From Terriglobia bacterium (lineage in GTDB: Bacteria; Acidobacteriota; Terriglobia; 20CM-2-55-15): a stretch of 64,000 nucleotides of DNA. Made by a program: the position numbers and the translations under genes. Positions 17,350-28,765 of the stretch are shown here, one piece after another. The notes under the pieces are model-generated. The model had not been told where the DNA came from and searched no databases. It worked only from the letters and a program-made list of their open reading frames with translations. Numbering within the stretch: position 1 is the stretch's first letter; each line of letters opens with the position of its first letter. Where the stretch lies: assembly GCA_965198225.1 (NCBI GenBank), contig CBDAOY010000008.1:1152001-1216000 (forward strand), read 5' to 3'.

Positions 17350-18651
17350 ATGGCAACGAAACGCAAGAAACGCCCCACCAAAGTCAGCTTTGACGATGCA
17401 TGCCTGACCCTGGAAACGGTCCTCAAAGAACAGACGCGCCGGGAGATTCTCGACGAAATCTCGAACGCCAAGAACTTCCGGGTATCGTTGTCGCGGTTGA
17501 GGGATGGCATGCGCTCCAATCTTTTCAAGGTAGGGCGTCAACAGGTTTACCTGGACAAGCTCGTCAAACAATTCGACGACCGCACTCGTCAGGACGGCTT
17601 CCACGTCCTTCACGACTGGGACGGCGAGGCCGACAAGCTCAACCCGGAGACCATACCCGTCGACATCGTCAATTACCTGCTTGCCGGCGCCGCCGCACAT
17701 CCTGAGAGACAGGTTCTGGAAATCCTTCTCGACTACTACTTCCTCTACGTCCTGGCGCTCATGACCCTGAGATCCTGGGACGGCAATGCCGACGAAAATC
17801 TCGACCGGCTCAACGGACTTCTCGGAGAGCTCCAGGGCCCGAACGGCAGCGGCCAGAAGTTCACCGAAAACGCCGAAACCCTCCTGCTCATTGCCACCTC
17901 CCATTTCGAACCGGACGACACGGCTTATCACCGCTTGCTCGACAGGGTACGGACCTGGAATGAATCCCATCGTGTAAAGATCGCCCTCGCGCACGCGGCG
18001 ATACTCGGCAGTCATCTGCGGTTCGGGTTCGAAGCGTCATACGGCAGGGACATCGTCGCACTCCGAGAGGACAATGTCCCCGACTATCCCTGGTTGTGTT
18101 TCGCGGCTTCGACCCTGATGCAGGCCTACTCACGCATGCACGATGAGGGCATTCAGGGAGCGGAACGCGAGCAGGTCGTGGAGGGAGTCCTGAACAGCCT
18201 GACCCCGGACCCCAGGGCATTCGTCGGTAAGCCTCCGGCTTCCCTGGCCGCCTACGAAGACGAGCGTTCGCAGGTTCCCGAACTCCTCGGAGTACACGGT
18301 AGACACCTGTTCGACGAAGGCAGAAGCCATCGGCCTTCGCCCGACAAGTACTCGCCGATGGCCTTCTTCTTCAACTTTCCGCACAACATCCTCAAGGGGA
18401 TGGTCGTTCATTCGCTTCTTCACGGAGAATTGTCCCGCCTGACGATGAATGACCTGCTCACCGGCATTCCCCGGGACGATCAACTCAGCGAATCGAAAAC
18501 GAGGTTGGCGCAAACTCTGATGGCATACGCGCGTTCGAGTCCGGACACGATACGAGGTCGACCGACACCCGCCGTCATCTATGACCCCTCCGCAGGCCTT
18601 CGGTTCTTTGTGAAGACGATGGGTGTCGTCAAGGGACAGGCAGTCCAATAG
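17350..18651 (+). CDS. Hypothetical protein (433 aa)
   Basis: Long ORF with normal composition; no family recognised. Confidence 0.75.
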   Translation: MATKRKKRPTKVSFDDACLTLETVLKEQTRREILDEISNAKNFRVSLSRLRDGMRSNLFKVGRQQVYLDKLVKQFDDRTRQDGFHVLHDWDGEADKLNPETIPVDIVNYLLAGAAAHPERQVLEILLDYYFLYVLALMTLRSWDGNADENLDRLNGLLGELQGPNGSGQKFTENAETLLLIATSHFEPDDTAYHRLLDRVRTWNESHRVKIALAHAAILGSHLRFGFEASYGRDIVALREDNVPDYPWLCFAASTLMQAYSRMHDEGIQGAEREQVVEGVLNSLTPDPRAFVGKPPASLAAYEDERSQVPELLGVHGRHLFDEGRSHRPSPDKYSPMAFFFNFPHNILKGMVVHSLLHGELSRLTMNDLLTGIPRDDQLSESKTRLAQTLMAYARSSPDTIRGRPTPAVIYDPSAGLRFFVKTMGVVKGQAVQ

Positions 18652-18778
18652 CGCCGCGCTGGCTCGGCCGTCAAGAGGGGACGGCAAATGAAAGGCGATC
18701 AACGCCGCGAGGAAGGACACGCTGCCCAGCGTCACGGCTGGCTGATGCAGGGGAAAACGTGCGGTTGGCGCCCGTTGC

Positions 18779-20731
18779 TCAGGCGACGCCCGCCCACCGC
18801 AGTGTCTGAACCGTGGCCACCGCGGCGACGTAGCCCAGTCCGGTGTAGAACGCCAGCTGGATCATCGCGAACCGCCAGGAATTCGTCTCTTTACGGACCA
18901 CGGCAACGGTCGCAACACATTGGAGGGAGAAGAAAAAGAACACGATCAGACCGACCATGCTCGAAGGAGTGAAGACCGGCGTTCCATCGGGAAATGTCGC
19001 CGTTCGCATCTCTTCCAGGAGGCCCGTTGCTTGCGCATCTTCGTCGCCTTCGACATGGAAAACGATCGCCATCGCGCTGACGAACACCTCGCGGGCCGCA
19101 AACGCCGAAATCAATCCGACTCCGACACGCCAATCGACGCCCATCGGCCGCAGCAGCGGCTCCATGGTCTGACCCAGCTGCGCCGCCAGCGAGAGATCCA
19201 TTTCCGACTGCACGATCAGCGGAGGGGTTGCCGCCGATGCAAGCTGCGGTTGTTGCGAGCCCAGACCGAAGTTCGAAAGCAGCCAGAGGACTATCGCAAT
19301 CACCACGATCGGCCCCCCTGCCTTCTTCAGGTACGACGACGAGCGGGCCCACGTCATGCGGAGGATGATCTTCCAGCGTGGAACGCGGTAGACGGGCAGT
19401 TCCATGGCGAGCATGGATGACGTCTGCTCGCGGTAGACGAACCGCCCGATCACCCCGGCAACCAGGGAACCGATCAGCAGACTGGATACGTAAATCGCAG
19501 CGAGACTGAGACCGGCCGCCCAGGCCAAGCCGGGCAGTAAGGCGGCCAGCAGCAGCGCATAGACCGGAAGCCGGGCGCTACAGCTCATCAGGGGGATGAT
19601 CCAGATCGTCAGAAGGCGTTCGCGCAGGGTGGGGATGGATCGCGATGCGAACACTGCAGGAATCGCACACGCGAAGCCCGACAGCATCGGGACGAACGAC
19701 CGACCGTGCAACCCGAAGTAGGACAGGGGACGGTCGACCAGCGTCGCGCCGCGTGCGAGATAACCGGAATCCTCCAGGAGTGTCATCAGAAAAAACAGGA
19801 TCACGATCTGGGGGAAGAATACGGCTACCGCCCCGACCCCTCCGATGAGACCTTCGGCGACAAACCGTGTCAGCAACGACTCGGGAGATACCGACACGAA
19901 CAGATTGCCCGTCGCGCCGAACAGTCCATCGATGGCGTCCATGAAAGGCTGCGCAAACCAGAAGATCGACGCGAACAGCCCGATCAGGACGGCCAAGAAG
20001 AGCGGAAAACCGAGGTGTCGATGCAAGGCGATCTGATCGATACGTGCGGTGAGCGAATCGCTCTGAACTCGTACGTCCGAACGGGTAAGCGCTGCGCTCG
20101 AGCGCAGCAGGCCGCGCACCTGGTCGTAACCGACCACCGGGTCATCGTCCACTCTCGCCAATTCGTTGGACGCCGAACCTGGCCCGGCTGGGGACCGTAC
20201 CGAAGACACGAGTTCCGGCACTCCCCGTCCCGTGCGAGCGTCGACGGCCACCGCCGGCACGCCCAGTGTTGTAGACAGTCGTTCCACATCCAGCGACTGT
20301 CCCGTCCGGTCGAGCAGGTCCATCATCGTCAGGGCCAGAATCACCGGACTCCCCTGGCGCGCCACGAATGCGGCAAACTTCAGATGGCGTTCCAGCTGTG
20401 TCGCGTCGACGACCAGGACGAAGGCGTCGGCGTGAACCCCAGGATGACGGGACTCGATGACCTGGCAGGACAGCTCTTCTTCAGGCGACGGGTCGATGGG
20501 ACTGTGAACACCGGGCAGGTCGACGAGATCGAGGGGAGGGCCCAGTTCGGATCGAGTCCTGCCCGAGAGTAGATTGACAGTAACGCCGGGATAGTTGGCG
20601 GTATGGAAACTACCGCCGGTGAGGGCATTCATCAGGGTGGTCTTGCCCGAGTTCGGCATTCCCACCAAACACACCGTCAGCGGCTTGGCCTCGTCCTCGA
20701 GCCCACTCGCCGCCTCGGCGGGTGTTTTCAT
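18779..20731 (-). CDS. feoB: Ferrous iron transporter FeoB
   Basis: GMPNSGKT, NYPGVT, DLPG G-protein motifs; EDSGYLAR, PLMSCSARLPVY membrane part. Confidence 0.96.
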   Translation of the reverse strand: MKTPAEAASGLEDEAKPLTVCLVGMPNSGKTTLMNALTGGSFHTANYPGVTVNLLSGRTRSELGPPLDLVDLPGVHSPIDPSPEEELSCQVIESRHPGVHADAFVLVVDATQLERHLKFAAFVARQGSPVILALTMMDLLDRTGQSLDVERLSTTLGVPAVAVDARTGRGVPELVSSVRSPAGPGSASNELARVDDDPVVGYDQVRGLLRSSAALTRSDVRVQSDSLTARIDQIALHRHLGFPLFLAVLIGLFASIFWFAQPFMDAIDGLFGATGNLFVSVSPESLLTRFVAEGLIGGVGAVAVFFPQIVILFFLMTLLEDSGYLARGATLVDRPLSYFGLHGRSFVPMLSGFACAIPAVFASRSIPTLRERLLTIWIIPLMSCSARLPVYALLLAALLPGLAWAAGLSLAAIYVSSLLIGSLVAGVIGRFVYREQTSSMLAMELPVYRVPRWKIILRMTWARSSSYLKKAGGPIVVIAIVLWLLSNFGLGSQQPQLASAATPPLIVQSEMDLSLAAQLGQTMEPLLRPMGVDWRVGVGLISAFAAREVFVSAMAIVFHVEGDEDAQATGLLEEMRTATFPDGTPVFTPSSMVGLIVFFFFSLQCVATVAVVRKETNSWRFAMIQLAFYTGLGYVAAVATVQTLRWAGVA

Positions 20732-20970
20732 TGCACCAGGATCCAGGAAGCCTCGCGCTTCCTGAGGGCGAGCTGCGCTCCGCGAACCACGACCACGATC
20801 GGACCACCCAAGGGAGTGGAGCGCGCCACGGCAACACGTTCGCCCGGCGTCAGGCCAAGATCCTGAAGCCGCCTGCATTCCTTATCGGGGCCGTCGAGCC
20901 GCGCGATCTCGTGCCACTCGTTCCCAGATACCTCCGATAGCTTCAACCGGTCTCGTGTTAGTTCGATCAC
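20728..20970 (-). CDS. feoA: FeoA
   Basis: RRLQDLGLTPGERV...PLGGPIVVVVRGAQLALRKREA; start codon uncertain. Confidence 0.9.
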   Translation of the reverse strand: MIELTRDRLKLSEVSGNEWHEIARLDGPDKECRRLQDLGLTPGERVAVARSTPLGGPIVVVVRGAQLALRKREASWILVQ

Positions 20971-21002
20971 TCTTCCAACTCCGCTCAACATGATACCACG
21001 CA

Positions 21003-21027
21003 AATGAAAACGATTGTCATTTTCATT
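21003..21027 (-). promoter_or_regulatory. Fur-like box upstream of feoAB
   Basis: Minus strand AATGAAAATGACAATCGTTTTCATT; AT-rich hexamer array next to a TATCAT -10 at 20990-20995. Confidence 0.7.
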
Positions 21028-21128
21028 GCTGATTGAACTATCGCCGAAGAGCGCCGGAAGAGCAAGTATGTTTTCGATTATTTTGCAGAAACCGAGGCCA
21101 CTTTCAGGAAGTAGGACCAGGGAACGTT

Positions 21129-21203
21129 CACCACGGAGGCAAGGAGTCACGGACGGTCGAGTGATTTTGTTCCTTCCACTCCGTGCCTTCGCGCCTCCGT
21201 GGT
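21129..21203. repeat. 9-mer-periodic inverted repeat
   Basis: CACCACGGAGGCAAGGAGTCACGGA...TCCGTGCCTTCGCGCCTCCGTGGTT. Confidence 0.8.
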
Positions 21204-21216
21204 TGCTCTTCATACG

Positions 21217-22613
21217 TCAATCGAACACCCGGCCGCCCTTCATGACGAGATGAATCCTTGTCGTGTTGAGAATATCTTCCAGCGGGTCGGCGTCCAGGAT
21301 GACCAGGTCGGCGTACTTCCCTGCTTCCAGGGTTCCGACATCGTCTTGCTTCCCCATGACTGCCGCGGCGTTCCGAGTCGCCGAGATGAGGATATCCATC
21401 GGTGCCAGCCCCGCATCCCGCATCAAGTCGAATTCCCTGAACAGCGAGGGGCCGTGCAGAGTGCCGATATTTCCGGCATCGGTCGCACCGACCACCCGAA
21501 CGCCTGCCGCCTGGAGTCGCTCCAGGTTGTCGAACGCGACGGGGCGGCCTTCCGGAGCCTGCCGGCGGCGTAACCCTCCCGGGATCTCGTCATGCGGGAT
21601 TCGGTCCAGGTCCGACCAGGTCGCGATGACCTCCGGGTCACCGAGTTCGCGTTCCACCTCCAGCAGGTCCACCTCCTGATTGAGGACCTCGCGGTACCCC
21701 TCGCCGACGACCAGTGTGCTCGTGTACAGTACGTCGTTCTCCTTGAGCAATTCGATGAACTCGTCGTCGACGGGCAGATCCGAGACGCTGTGCACCAGGA
21801 CGTCCGCCCCGGCGCGCACGGCCGCCTTCGCCACCTCGAGTTGCGTGGCGTGGACCGAAGCCCGCACGCCACCTTTGTGGCTCTCATCAATCGCGGCGGC
21901 GACAATTTCGACCTGTTCCGACAGGTCGTCTTCCGGCCTGTGGATGAACCAGACCTTCGTCAGGTCCGGATCCTCGCCGAGCTGGCTGCGTATCAGGTCG
22001 CGGGCGTCCTGCGGCGTGAAGACTCGAATGATAGGGGGGTCGTCGACCTGGACTCTGGAGGTACGTATGTCGACGCCAGTGGGCCGGCCACGGCAACGCG
22101 AGGGGCCCTGTCCGTCTGTTCGGCCAACTCGCGGATATCGAAGTTGCTCATCGGCCCGCCAACATCGACAACGCCCGTGATGCCGCACGACAGGTAGCGC
22201 GCGAACGTGTCAGGCAGACGATCCCAGATCCACTCCCGCTCCTCCTCGTAGGATCGCCACTCCCGTAAATCGATGACGTCTGGCCGCGTGTAGATTCCGC
22301 CCGACTGGAAGAAGTGGACGTGTGCATCGATCAGTCCGGGAATGATCCACTTCCCCTCCGCATCGATCAACTCGGCATCGTCGGGCACGGCAACGCGATC
22401 CCCCGGTCCGATCTCTCGAATCCGTTCTCCCTCGATGACGATCACCGCATCTTCGATCGGCGTTCGTCCGGTCGAATCGATCACCGTGCCGCCGCGGATG
22501 ACCGTGATCCTACCCTGGCCCCAGGCTGTGGCCGGCGCCACCACCGATGCGGCAACCATGAGGAAGGAGATCATGCACCCGAGTGCATGGCGGACGATAA
22601 GGGAGCGACACAT
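21217..22613 (-). pseudogene. Secreted amidohydrolase family protein, 1-bp frameshift near 22052
   Basis: PGLIDAHVH in ORF 21993..22733; ATDAG and GTLEAGKYADLVILDADPL in ORF 21217..22188; junction GAG-TC-CAG lacks one base; AGGAGG RBS. Confidence 0.8.
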
Positions 22614-22888
22614 GGCTGATCCTCCTGAACAGATCGAATTGATGGAAAAGTCCCTGCATTGTAGCAAAGTGGGTAGTCCGTAGGCCGTTGTCCTTCGAGT
22701 GCGGGTGTAGGTGCCGTCTATGATCGGAACCATTCATCAGCGTCGGGCCCACCGTCCCCCTCCTGACGAGAACTTGAGCGTTCAAGTACCGATAGCAGTG
22801 CGCGGGTGTATGGAGAAAGACAGCTGGTCCGGTCCCCCCACGCCTCGCTCGAACCGAAACGATGTACACTCATGGAGCGCACCTACAC

Positions 22889-23518
22889 TCACTTCTTCTC
22901 TTCCACGAATTCCGGCGCGGCCGTGTCGAGGAGAATCTGGATCCCCTTCTGAATGATGAACGGCGCCATGACGACCGCGCCAAGCGCGTCGCCCCACCAA
23001 ATGTCCATGCCCGAATTGATCAGCAGGCTGATCAGAAGGACCATCGAAAGGTAGGAATTGCCGAAGGTGAAGACCGCAGCGCGTTTCAGGGCCGGACTCT
23101 TGAGCTCCATGGCCAGCGCCTTCATGTAGGAACCGATGATGGGTATCAGAAGCATCGACACGGCCGCCAACCCGACGCCCAACAACGTCGCAACGGGTCT
23201 TTCACGACTCCAGAGGCCGCTGATGCCGATTCCGAACGCGATCAAGCCCGCCAGCACATAGCCGGCACCTGCGGCGCGAAAAAGCCCCCTTTCGGGACCT
23301 TCGGCAACGTCGGCCGTGTTGAGCCGGCCGATCCTCACGCCCAGTATCACTTCTCTGGAAGCGCTGACGACTGCGTCAAGACCAAAAGCCAGCAGAACCG
23401 GTGAAGCGACCCGCGACCACAGGGCGAAACTCGCGACGGCCTGAAGCAGGTGAACGAGAGCGGTCAGCAGTGCCAGGAAGAAGAAGTGACGGATCCAGGT
23501 TTGTCGGTCGTCGATCAT
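22889..23518 (-). CDS. Cation efflux (CDF-like) membrane protein
   Basis: ~6 hydrophobic segments; SPVLLAFGLDA, LKSPAL, WWGDALGA. Confidence 0.7.
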   Translation of the reverse strand: MIDDRQTWIRHFFFLALLTALVHLLQAVASFALWSRVASPVLLAFGLDAVVSASREVILGVRIGRLNTADVAEGPERGLFRAAGAGYVLAGLIAFGIGISGLWSRERPVATLLGVGLAAVSMLLIPIIGSYMKALAMELKSPALKRAAVFTFGNSYLSMVLLISLLINSGMDIWWGDALGAVVMAPFIIQKGIQILLDTAAPEFVEEKK

Positions 23519-23675
23519 GCAGCAGGGCAATGAGCGATCAGCGTTCAGCTATCAGCTCAACCGGATGCGACTATGGTCGCCTCCCGAAGTAGTGGTCCGG
23601 GTAGGGCGTTGAGAGATGCCGATCTCTGGCAGGTGGCATCAGGCGTGGTTACACGCACTGGTGGCTGCTGACAGC

Positions 23676-23730
23676 ACGCTTGATCCCGAAGAATCTGGGA
23701 GCAAAACGCTCACACCAAAAGATCAAGCGT
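23676..23730. repeat. 55-bp dispersed repeat with terminal inverted repeats, copy A
   Basis: ACGCTTGATC...GATCAAGCGT; 44/55 ungapped identity to 36386-36440. Confidence 0.75.
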
Positions 23731-23741
23731 CAAGGGACGGG

Positions 23742-25172
23742 TCAGTAAGCCCTTCCGAATACCACGCGCTCATCGGCGGCCCCACCGCATGCGACGCAGG
23801 CTCCCGGTTCCTTGTCCTGGTTGGTCGGGATGCAGCGAATCGTGGCCTTTGTCTCGTTCTTGACCTTGTCCTCGCACTCGGCCGAACCGCACCAGTGACT
23901 CCAGAGAAACCCGCCGTCGCCATCGAGGATCTCGTTGAAACGGCCGTATTCGTCGACCTTTTGAGAATGCGCCTCGCGAAAGTCGAGCGCGCGCTGAAAC
24001 AGCCCTTTCTGGACGGCATCGAGCGCCTCGTCTATGGCTGCCCGCAGGCCGTCCTGGGACACGAACTCCTTTTCCCCGGTGTCCCTCCTGGCCAGAACCG
24101 CCTGGTTCTTCTCCAGGTCTTTCGGGCCGAGCTCCATCCGCAACGGCACTCCCCGCTGCTCCCATTGGTTGAACTTCCGACCGGGGCTGTACTGCTCTCG
24201 GTCGTCCACCCTGAATCCGATACCGTCGAGCTCCGCGGCAATCTTGTCGATCCGCTCCAACACGGCGGCCCGTTGCTCGGGATTGCGAAAGATGGGAACG
24301 ATCACCAGCTGCGTGGTCGCCAGCTTCGGCGGGACGATGATACCGCGGTCGTCCCCGTGCGCCATGATCAGCGCGCCTACCATCCGCGTCGATACCCCCC
24401 AGCTGGTCGCGTACACGAATTCCTGCTCGCCCTTCTCGTTCTGGAACTTGACGTCGAACGCCCGGGCAAAGTTCTGGCCGAGGTGATGCGACGTTCCGGC
24501 CTGCAGAGCTTTGCCGTCCTGCATCATAGCTTCGATCGTGTAGGTGTGATCGGCTCCGGCAAACTTCTCGCTCTCGCTCTTGAGGCCGGTCAGGACCGGT
24601 ACCGCCATGTGCTCTTCCGCGAATCGGCGGTACACCTCGAGAATCGTCAGGGTCTCTTCTTCGGCATCGTCGTAGCTCGCATGGGCCGTGTGGCCTTCCT
24701 GCCAGAGGAATTCCGTTGTCCGGAGAAACAGCCGGGTTCGCCTCTCCCACCGCACGACGTTCGCCCACTGGTTGATCAGCAGGGGCAAGTCCCGGTAGGA
24801 CTGGATCCAGTTGCGGTAGGCATGCCAGATGATCGTTTCCGAGGTCGGGCGGACGATTAGCGGCTCCTCCAGCTTCGCCGATCCAGCGTGCGTCACCTTT
24901 GCTACTTCCGGCGCGAAGCCCTCGACGTGTTCCGCTTCCTTGTGAAGAAAGCTCTCGGGAATGAACAGCGGGAAGTAGGCATTCTCGTGCCCCGTTTCCT
25001 TGAACATGCCGTCCATGGCCGCCTGCATCTTCTCCCAGATTGCGTACCCGTTCGGGCGGATGATCATGCAGCCTTTGACCGGCGCGTAGTCGGCCAACTC
25101 GGCGGCCGCGATCACATCCGTGTACCACCGAGCATAGTCATCGGAGCGCTTCGTTATCTTGACGTCAGCCAT
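23742..25172 (-). CDS. proS: Proline--tRNA ligase (archaeal/eukaryote-like type)
   Basis: [36 protein letters not shown]-terminal GRAY. Confidence 0.97.
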   Translation of the reverse strand: MADVKITKRSDDYARWYTDVIAAAELADYAPVKGCMIIRPNGYAIWEKMQAAMDGMFKETGHENAYFPLFIPESFLHKEAEHVEGFAPEVAKVTHAGSAKLEEPLIVRPTSETIIWHAYRNWIQSYRDLPLLINQWANVVRWERRTRLFLRTTEFLWQEGHTAHASYDDAEEETLTILEVYRRFAEEHMAVPVLTGLKSESEKFAGADHTYTIEAMMQDGKALQAGTSHHLGQNFARAFDVKFQNEKGEQEFVYATSWGVSTRMVGALIMAHGDDRGIIVPPKLATTQLVIVPIFRNPEQRAAVLERIDKIAAELDGIGFRVDDREQYSPGRKFNQWEQRGVPLRMELGPKDLEKNQAVLARRDTGEKEFVSQDGLRAAIDEALDAVQKGLFQRALDFREAHSQKVDEYGRFNEILDGDGGFLWSHWCGSAECEDKVKNETKATIRCIPTNQDKEPGACVACGGAADERVVFGRAY

Positions 25173-25248
25173 TTCGCTTCTCTTCAGATCGATTTATCAT
25201 TGAGGGAAGAGGCCCCAGAACAAACCGCGTCCGGGCCATAAACCGTTC

Positions 25249-25686
25249 ATGATAGCACACATACTACTGGCCGCTCTCTTGCCGACCGTCGCTGTCACGA
25301 CGCCCTCGGGGGCAACCGTCGAAGCCGAAATCGCGGCCACGCCGCAGTCGCGAGAGCGGGGTCTGATGGATCGGGTCACGCTGGATGAGGACGCCGGAAT
25401 GCTGTTCGTGTTTCCCGAGGATGGTATCTATTCTTTCTGGATGAAGAACACCCGGATTCCACTCGACATCATCTGGTTGGACAGCACACACAAGGCACTT
25501 TTCATCAGCCGTGACACCCCGCCCTGTCCGGTGATGCGGCTCCAGTGCCCGACCTATGGGCCGGACATCCCGGCCCGTTACGTCCTGGAACTCGGTGCAG
25601 GGCGTGGGGCGGAATTGGGTATTCGCGAGGGGGTTCAGCTCGGTTTCGAACTCCCCGACGATCTCGAAATCTCACGCCACCGGTAG
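25249..25686 (+). CDS. DUF192 family protein
   Basis: RERGLM, GMLFVF, FWMKNTRIPLDIIW, YVLEL. Confidence 0.9.
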   Translation: MIAHILLAALLPTVAVTTPSGATVEAEIAATPQSRERGLMDRVTLDEDAGMLFVFPEDGIYSFWMKNTRIPLDIIWLDSTHKALFISRDTPPCPVMRLQCPTYGPDIPARYVLELGAGRGAELGIREGVQLGFELPDDLEISRHR

Positions 25687-25745
25687 CAGCGCCGGAGTCG
25701 ACGGTATTGCGACAGAACTCCAGCACTACCCCGTCGACAATCCAA

Positions 25746-25774
25746 TTGACAGGCGAGGCCAACCGCAATATTAT
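25746..25774 (+). promoter_or_regulatory. Sigma70 promoter of the mutase operon
   Basis: TTGACA -17 bp- TATTAT. Confidence 0.75.
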
Positions 25775-25842
25775 GAATAGTTTGGCAATCATTAGAGCAT
25801 AGAGTTCGAGATTCGTTCGTGTCCCCACGTCGGGAGGCAAAT

Positions 25843-27492
25843 ATGGCCAAAGACCTGGTTCAGGATTCCGCGACCAAACAACCCGGAGAACAGAGTACCG
25901 ATGTTGCCTCTGACCTCCGGTTCACCACCGTGTCCGGACGACCGATCGAGCGGCTTTACGGTCCCGGCAACCTGGAAGGCGTCGACCTCGACAGGGAACT
26001 CGGGCAGCCGGGAGAGCCGCCTTACACCCGCGGAATCTACCCAACCATGTACCGGGAACGCCTGTGGACGATGCGACAGTTCAGCGGGTTCGGGACTGCC
26101 CAGGACACGAACGAGCGTTTTCACTACCTGCTGGAGAACGGACAGACCGGGCTCTCCGTCGCTTTCCACCTGCCCACTTTGATGGGGTACGACTCCGACC
26201 ATCCCATGTCGGCGGGCGAAGTGGGCAAATGCGGCGTCGCCATCGATTCCCTCCAGGACATGGAAACCCTGTTCGACCGGATTCCGCTCGAGCAGATTTC
26301 GACTTCCATGACCACGAACGCTCCCGCCCCGATAATCTGGGCCATGTACCTGGTCGTCGCCGAGCAACAGGGTGTCGACTGGACGAAGCTTTCCGGAACG
26401 ATTCAGAACGACCTCCTCAAGGAGTACATCGCGCAGAAGACCTTCATCTTCCCTCCGCGGCCCTCGATGAAGCTCATCGTGGACACGTTCGAATTCGGGA
26501 CGCAGCACGTTCCGCGGTGGAATTCGATTTCCATCAGCGGCTACCACATCCGCGAAGCCGGATCGACCGCGCTCCAGGAACTCGCCTTCACGCTCTACGA
26601 CGGTGTCGAGTACGTCGAGTGGGCGCGGAGGGCGGGACTGGATGTCGACGAGTTCGCGCCGCGCTTGTCGTTCTTCTTCAATTCTCACAGCGACCTGTTC
26701 GAGGAAGTCGCCAAGTACCGGGCCGCAAGGAAGATCTGGTACAAGGTCATGACGGATCGCTTCGATTGCAAGAACCCGAAATCGGCGATCCTGCGATTCC
26801 ACACGCAGACAGCAGGCTGCTCCCTCACCGCGCAACAGCCCTACAACAACGTGGTCCGAACGACGATTCAGGCCCTGGCGGGCGTTCTGGGGGGCACTCA
26901 GTCGCTGCACACAAATTCGCTCGACGAAACCCTGGCGTTGCCGACCGAGCATGCCGCCCGGATCGCGCTTCGGACCCAGCAGATCATCGCACACGAGAGC
27001 GGCGTTCCGAACACGGTCGATCCGCTGGGTGGCTCATACTTTGTCGAGAAACTTACCCTCGACATGGAAAAGGGATGCTGGGATTACTTCGAACGTCTCG
27101 ACGACATGGGCGGTATGGTCTCGGCAATCGAAAAGGGGTTTCCACAAAGGGAGATCCAGGACGCTGCATACGAGTACCAGAAGGCCATCGAGCGCAAAGA
27201 AAAAATCGTCGTGGGCATCAACGATTTCGAAATCGAGGACGAGGCTCCGATCGACGTATTGCTGATCGACGAATCCGTCGCCGAGCGCCAGATCGGCAAA
27301 CTTCGGGAACTGCGTGCATCTCGGGACAACGGCAAAATTCAGGCTACTCTCGCGGCGCTGGAGACCGCCGCCCGCGGTGACGCGAACATGATGTATCCGA
27401 TCCTCGACTGCGTGCGCGCCTACGCCACGCTCGGGGAGATGTGCGACACTCTGCGCGGCGTTTACGGTGAATACGAGGAATCCGGGTTCTAG
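25843..27492 (+). CDS. B12-dependent acyl-CoA mutase large subunit, isobutyryl-CoA mutase-like signature
   Basis: [43 protein letters not shown]; GGGAGG RBS. Confidence 0.92.
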   Translation: MAKDLVQDSATKQPGEQSTDVASDLRFTTVSGRPIERLYGPGNLEGVDLDRELGQPGEPPYTRGIYPTMYRERLWTMRQFSGFGTAQDTNERFHYLLENGQTGLSVAFHLPTLMGYDSDHPMSAGEVGKCGVAIDSLQDMETLFDRIPLEQISTSMTTNAPAPIIWAMYLVVAEQQGVDWTKLSGTIQNDLLKEYIAQKTFIFPPRPSMKLIVDTFEFGTQHVPRWNSISISGYHIREAGSTALQELAFTLYDGVEYVEWARRAGLDVDEFAPRLSFFFNSHSDLFEEVAKYRAARKIWYKVMTDRFDCKNPKSAILRFHTQTAGCSLTAQQPYNNVVRTTIQALAGVLGGTQSLHTNSLDETLALPTEHAARIALRTQQIIAHESGVPNTVDPLGGSYFVEKLTLDMEKGCWDYFERLDDMGGMVSAIEKGFPQREIQDAAYEYQKAIERKEKIVVGINDFEIEDEAPIDVLLIDESVAERQIGKLRELRASRDNGKIQATLAALETAARGDANMMYPILDCVRAYATLGEMCDTLRGVYGEYEESGF

Positions 27493-27759
27493 TGGCCTGT
27501 AACAATGCTATCGGTACCATCGCCGATGGGTCTTGCGGGCGAGGTCGAGGAGGGAGACGGAAAGCGATGCTCTTTCATCGGTGACGGCTTCCGACAAAGA
27601 GATCGCCCGCAACCCCCATCGGCCCAAAGGGTTCGGCGGAACGGCGCCGTCTTCGGTGTCGTAACGCCCTCGCAATGAAACAGCATTGGCTCGGGCGTCA
27701 CTCCTAGAATCCGACGCCGTTCCGCCGAACGCTGGCACCGATAGCACTGTTACAGGTCA
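27493..27759. mobile_element. MITE (267 bp) with 27-bp TIRs and CTAG flanking repeats
   Basis: CTAG|TGGCCTGTAACAATGCTATCGGTACCA...TGGCACCGATAGCACTGTTACAGGTCA|CTAG; 3 mismatches between TIRs. Confidence 0.85.
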
Positions 27760-27780
27760 CTAGGGTCCTGAGTTACCGAC

Positions 27781-28179
27781 ATGAACGAGAAGATACGCGT
27801 CCTGGTCGCCAAGCCCGGTCTCGACGGACACGACCGGGGAGCCAAGATCATCGCCCGGGCGTTTCGGGATGCCGGATTCGAAGTCATTTACACCGGGTTG
27901 CGACAGACGCCCCAGCAGGTCGTGACCGCGGCGCTTCAGGAAGACGTCGATGTGATCGGGTTGTCGGTGCTGTCGGGGGCCCACATGACCCTGTGTCCTC
28001 AGATCATGGAACTCATTCGCAAAGAGCAGATGGAGGACGTGCTCGTCGTTGTGGGCGGCATCATCCCGGACGAAGACATCACCAAGCTCAAAGACGATGG
28101 CGTGAACGAAATTTTCCTGCCTGGAACGTCGACCGAAGACATCGTCGACTACGTCCGCAAGAACGTACGCCAAAAGTGA
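27781..28179 (+). CDS. Cobalamin-binding small subunit of the mutase
   Basis: [12 protein letters not shown] (DxHxxG), [15 protein letters not shown]. Confidence 0.95.
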   Translation: MNEKIRVLVAKPGLDGHDRGAKIIARAFRDAGFEVIYTGLRQTPQQVVTAALQEDVDVIGLSVLSGAHMTLCPQIMELIRKEQMEDVLVVVGGIIPDEDITKLKDDGVNEIFLPGTSTEDIVDYVRKNVRQK

Positions 28180-28757
28180 AAGCATTTGGCTCGATCCGGG
28201 TCGAGCGCAGAGACGGCGCTGTCACGATCACTCTCCTTCACAGGGTGCTCAGGATCGAAGTCCTCGCGGAAATCGAACTCGCTCTAAGCCAGACCTCTGA
28301 GGCGCTCTTTATCACGGGTACCGAGGGGTACTTCGCCGCCGGCGCCGACATCGCGCAATTGAACGAGCTGACCGGGCCGCTAGCCCTGGCGTTCGCGCGC
28401 CAGGGACAGACTCTTCTCGACAAGCTGGGCGGCCGGGGAGCGCCCAGCATCGCCGCCATCGACGGTTTCTGCCTCGGCGGCGGCCTGGACCTGGCTCTGG
28501 CATGTGACTTTCGTTACGCGAGCGCCCGGTCCCGGTTCGCGCATCCCGGCGGCAGGATCGGAATCCTGACCGGCTGGGGCGGAACGGGTCGGCTTCCGCG
28601 AACGATCGGCAAGAGCCGGGCTCTTGAAATGATGGTTGCCGGTCGGTGGCTCGGGGCTTCAGAAGCTCTGGAATGGGGGTTGATCGACGGCGTCGTTGAT
28701 CAACCGTTGGCTTTCGCCGAGAGTCGTCACGGGTCGTTTCAGCCGCTCACGCTCTGA
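28176..28757 (+). CDS. Enoyl-CoA hydratase/isomerase family protein (short)
   Basis: [37 protein letters not shown]; GTGA overlap with upstream gene. Confidence 0.85.
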   Translation: MKAFGSIRVERRDGAVTITLLHRVLRIEVLAEIELALSQTSEALFITGTEGYFAAGADIAQLNELTGPLALAFARQGQTLLDKLGGRGAPSIAAIDGFCLGGGLDLALACDFRYASARSRFAHPGGRIGILTGWGGTGRLPRTIGKSRALEMMVAGRWLGASEALEWGLIDGVVDQPLAFAESRHGSFQPLTL

Positions 28758-28765
28758 AACAACTC

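Noticed and set aside
22699-22892. Weak inverted repeat GTGTAGGTGC...GCACCTACAC
   Set aside because: Only ~10 bp, no target duplication or second copy
27493-27759. Cobalamin riboswitch between the mutase subunits
   Set aside because: No recognisable B12-box; TIRs with CTAG repeats explain it as a MITE
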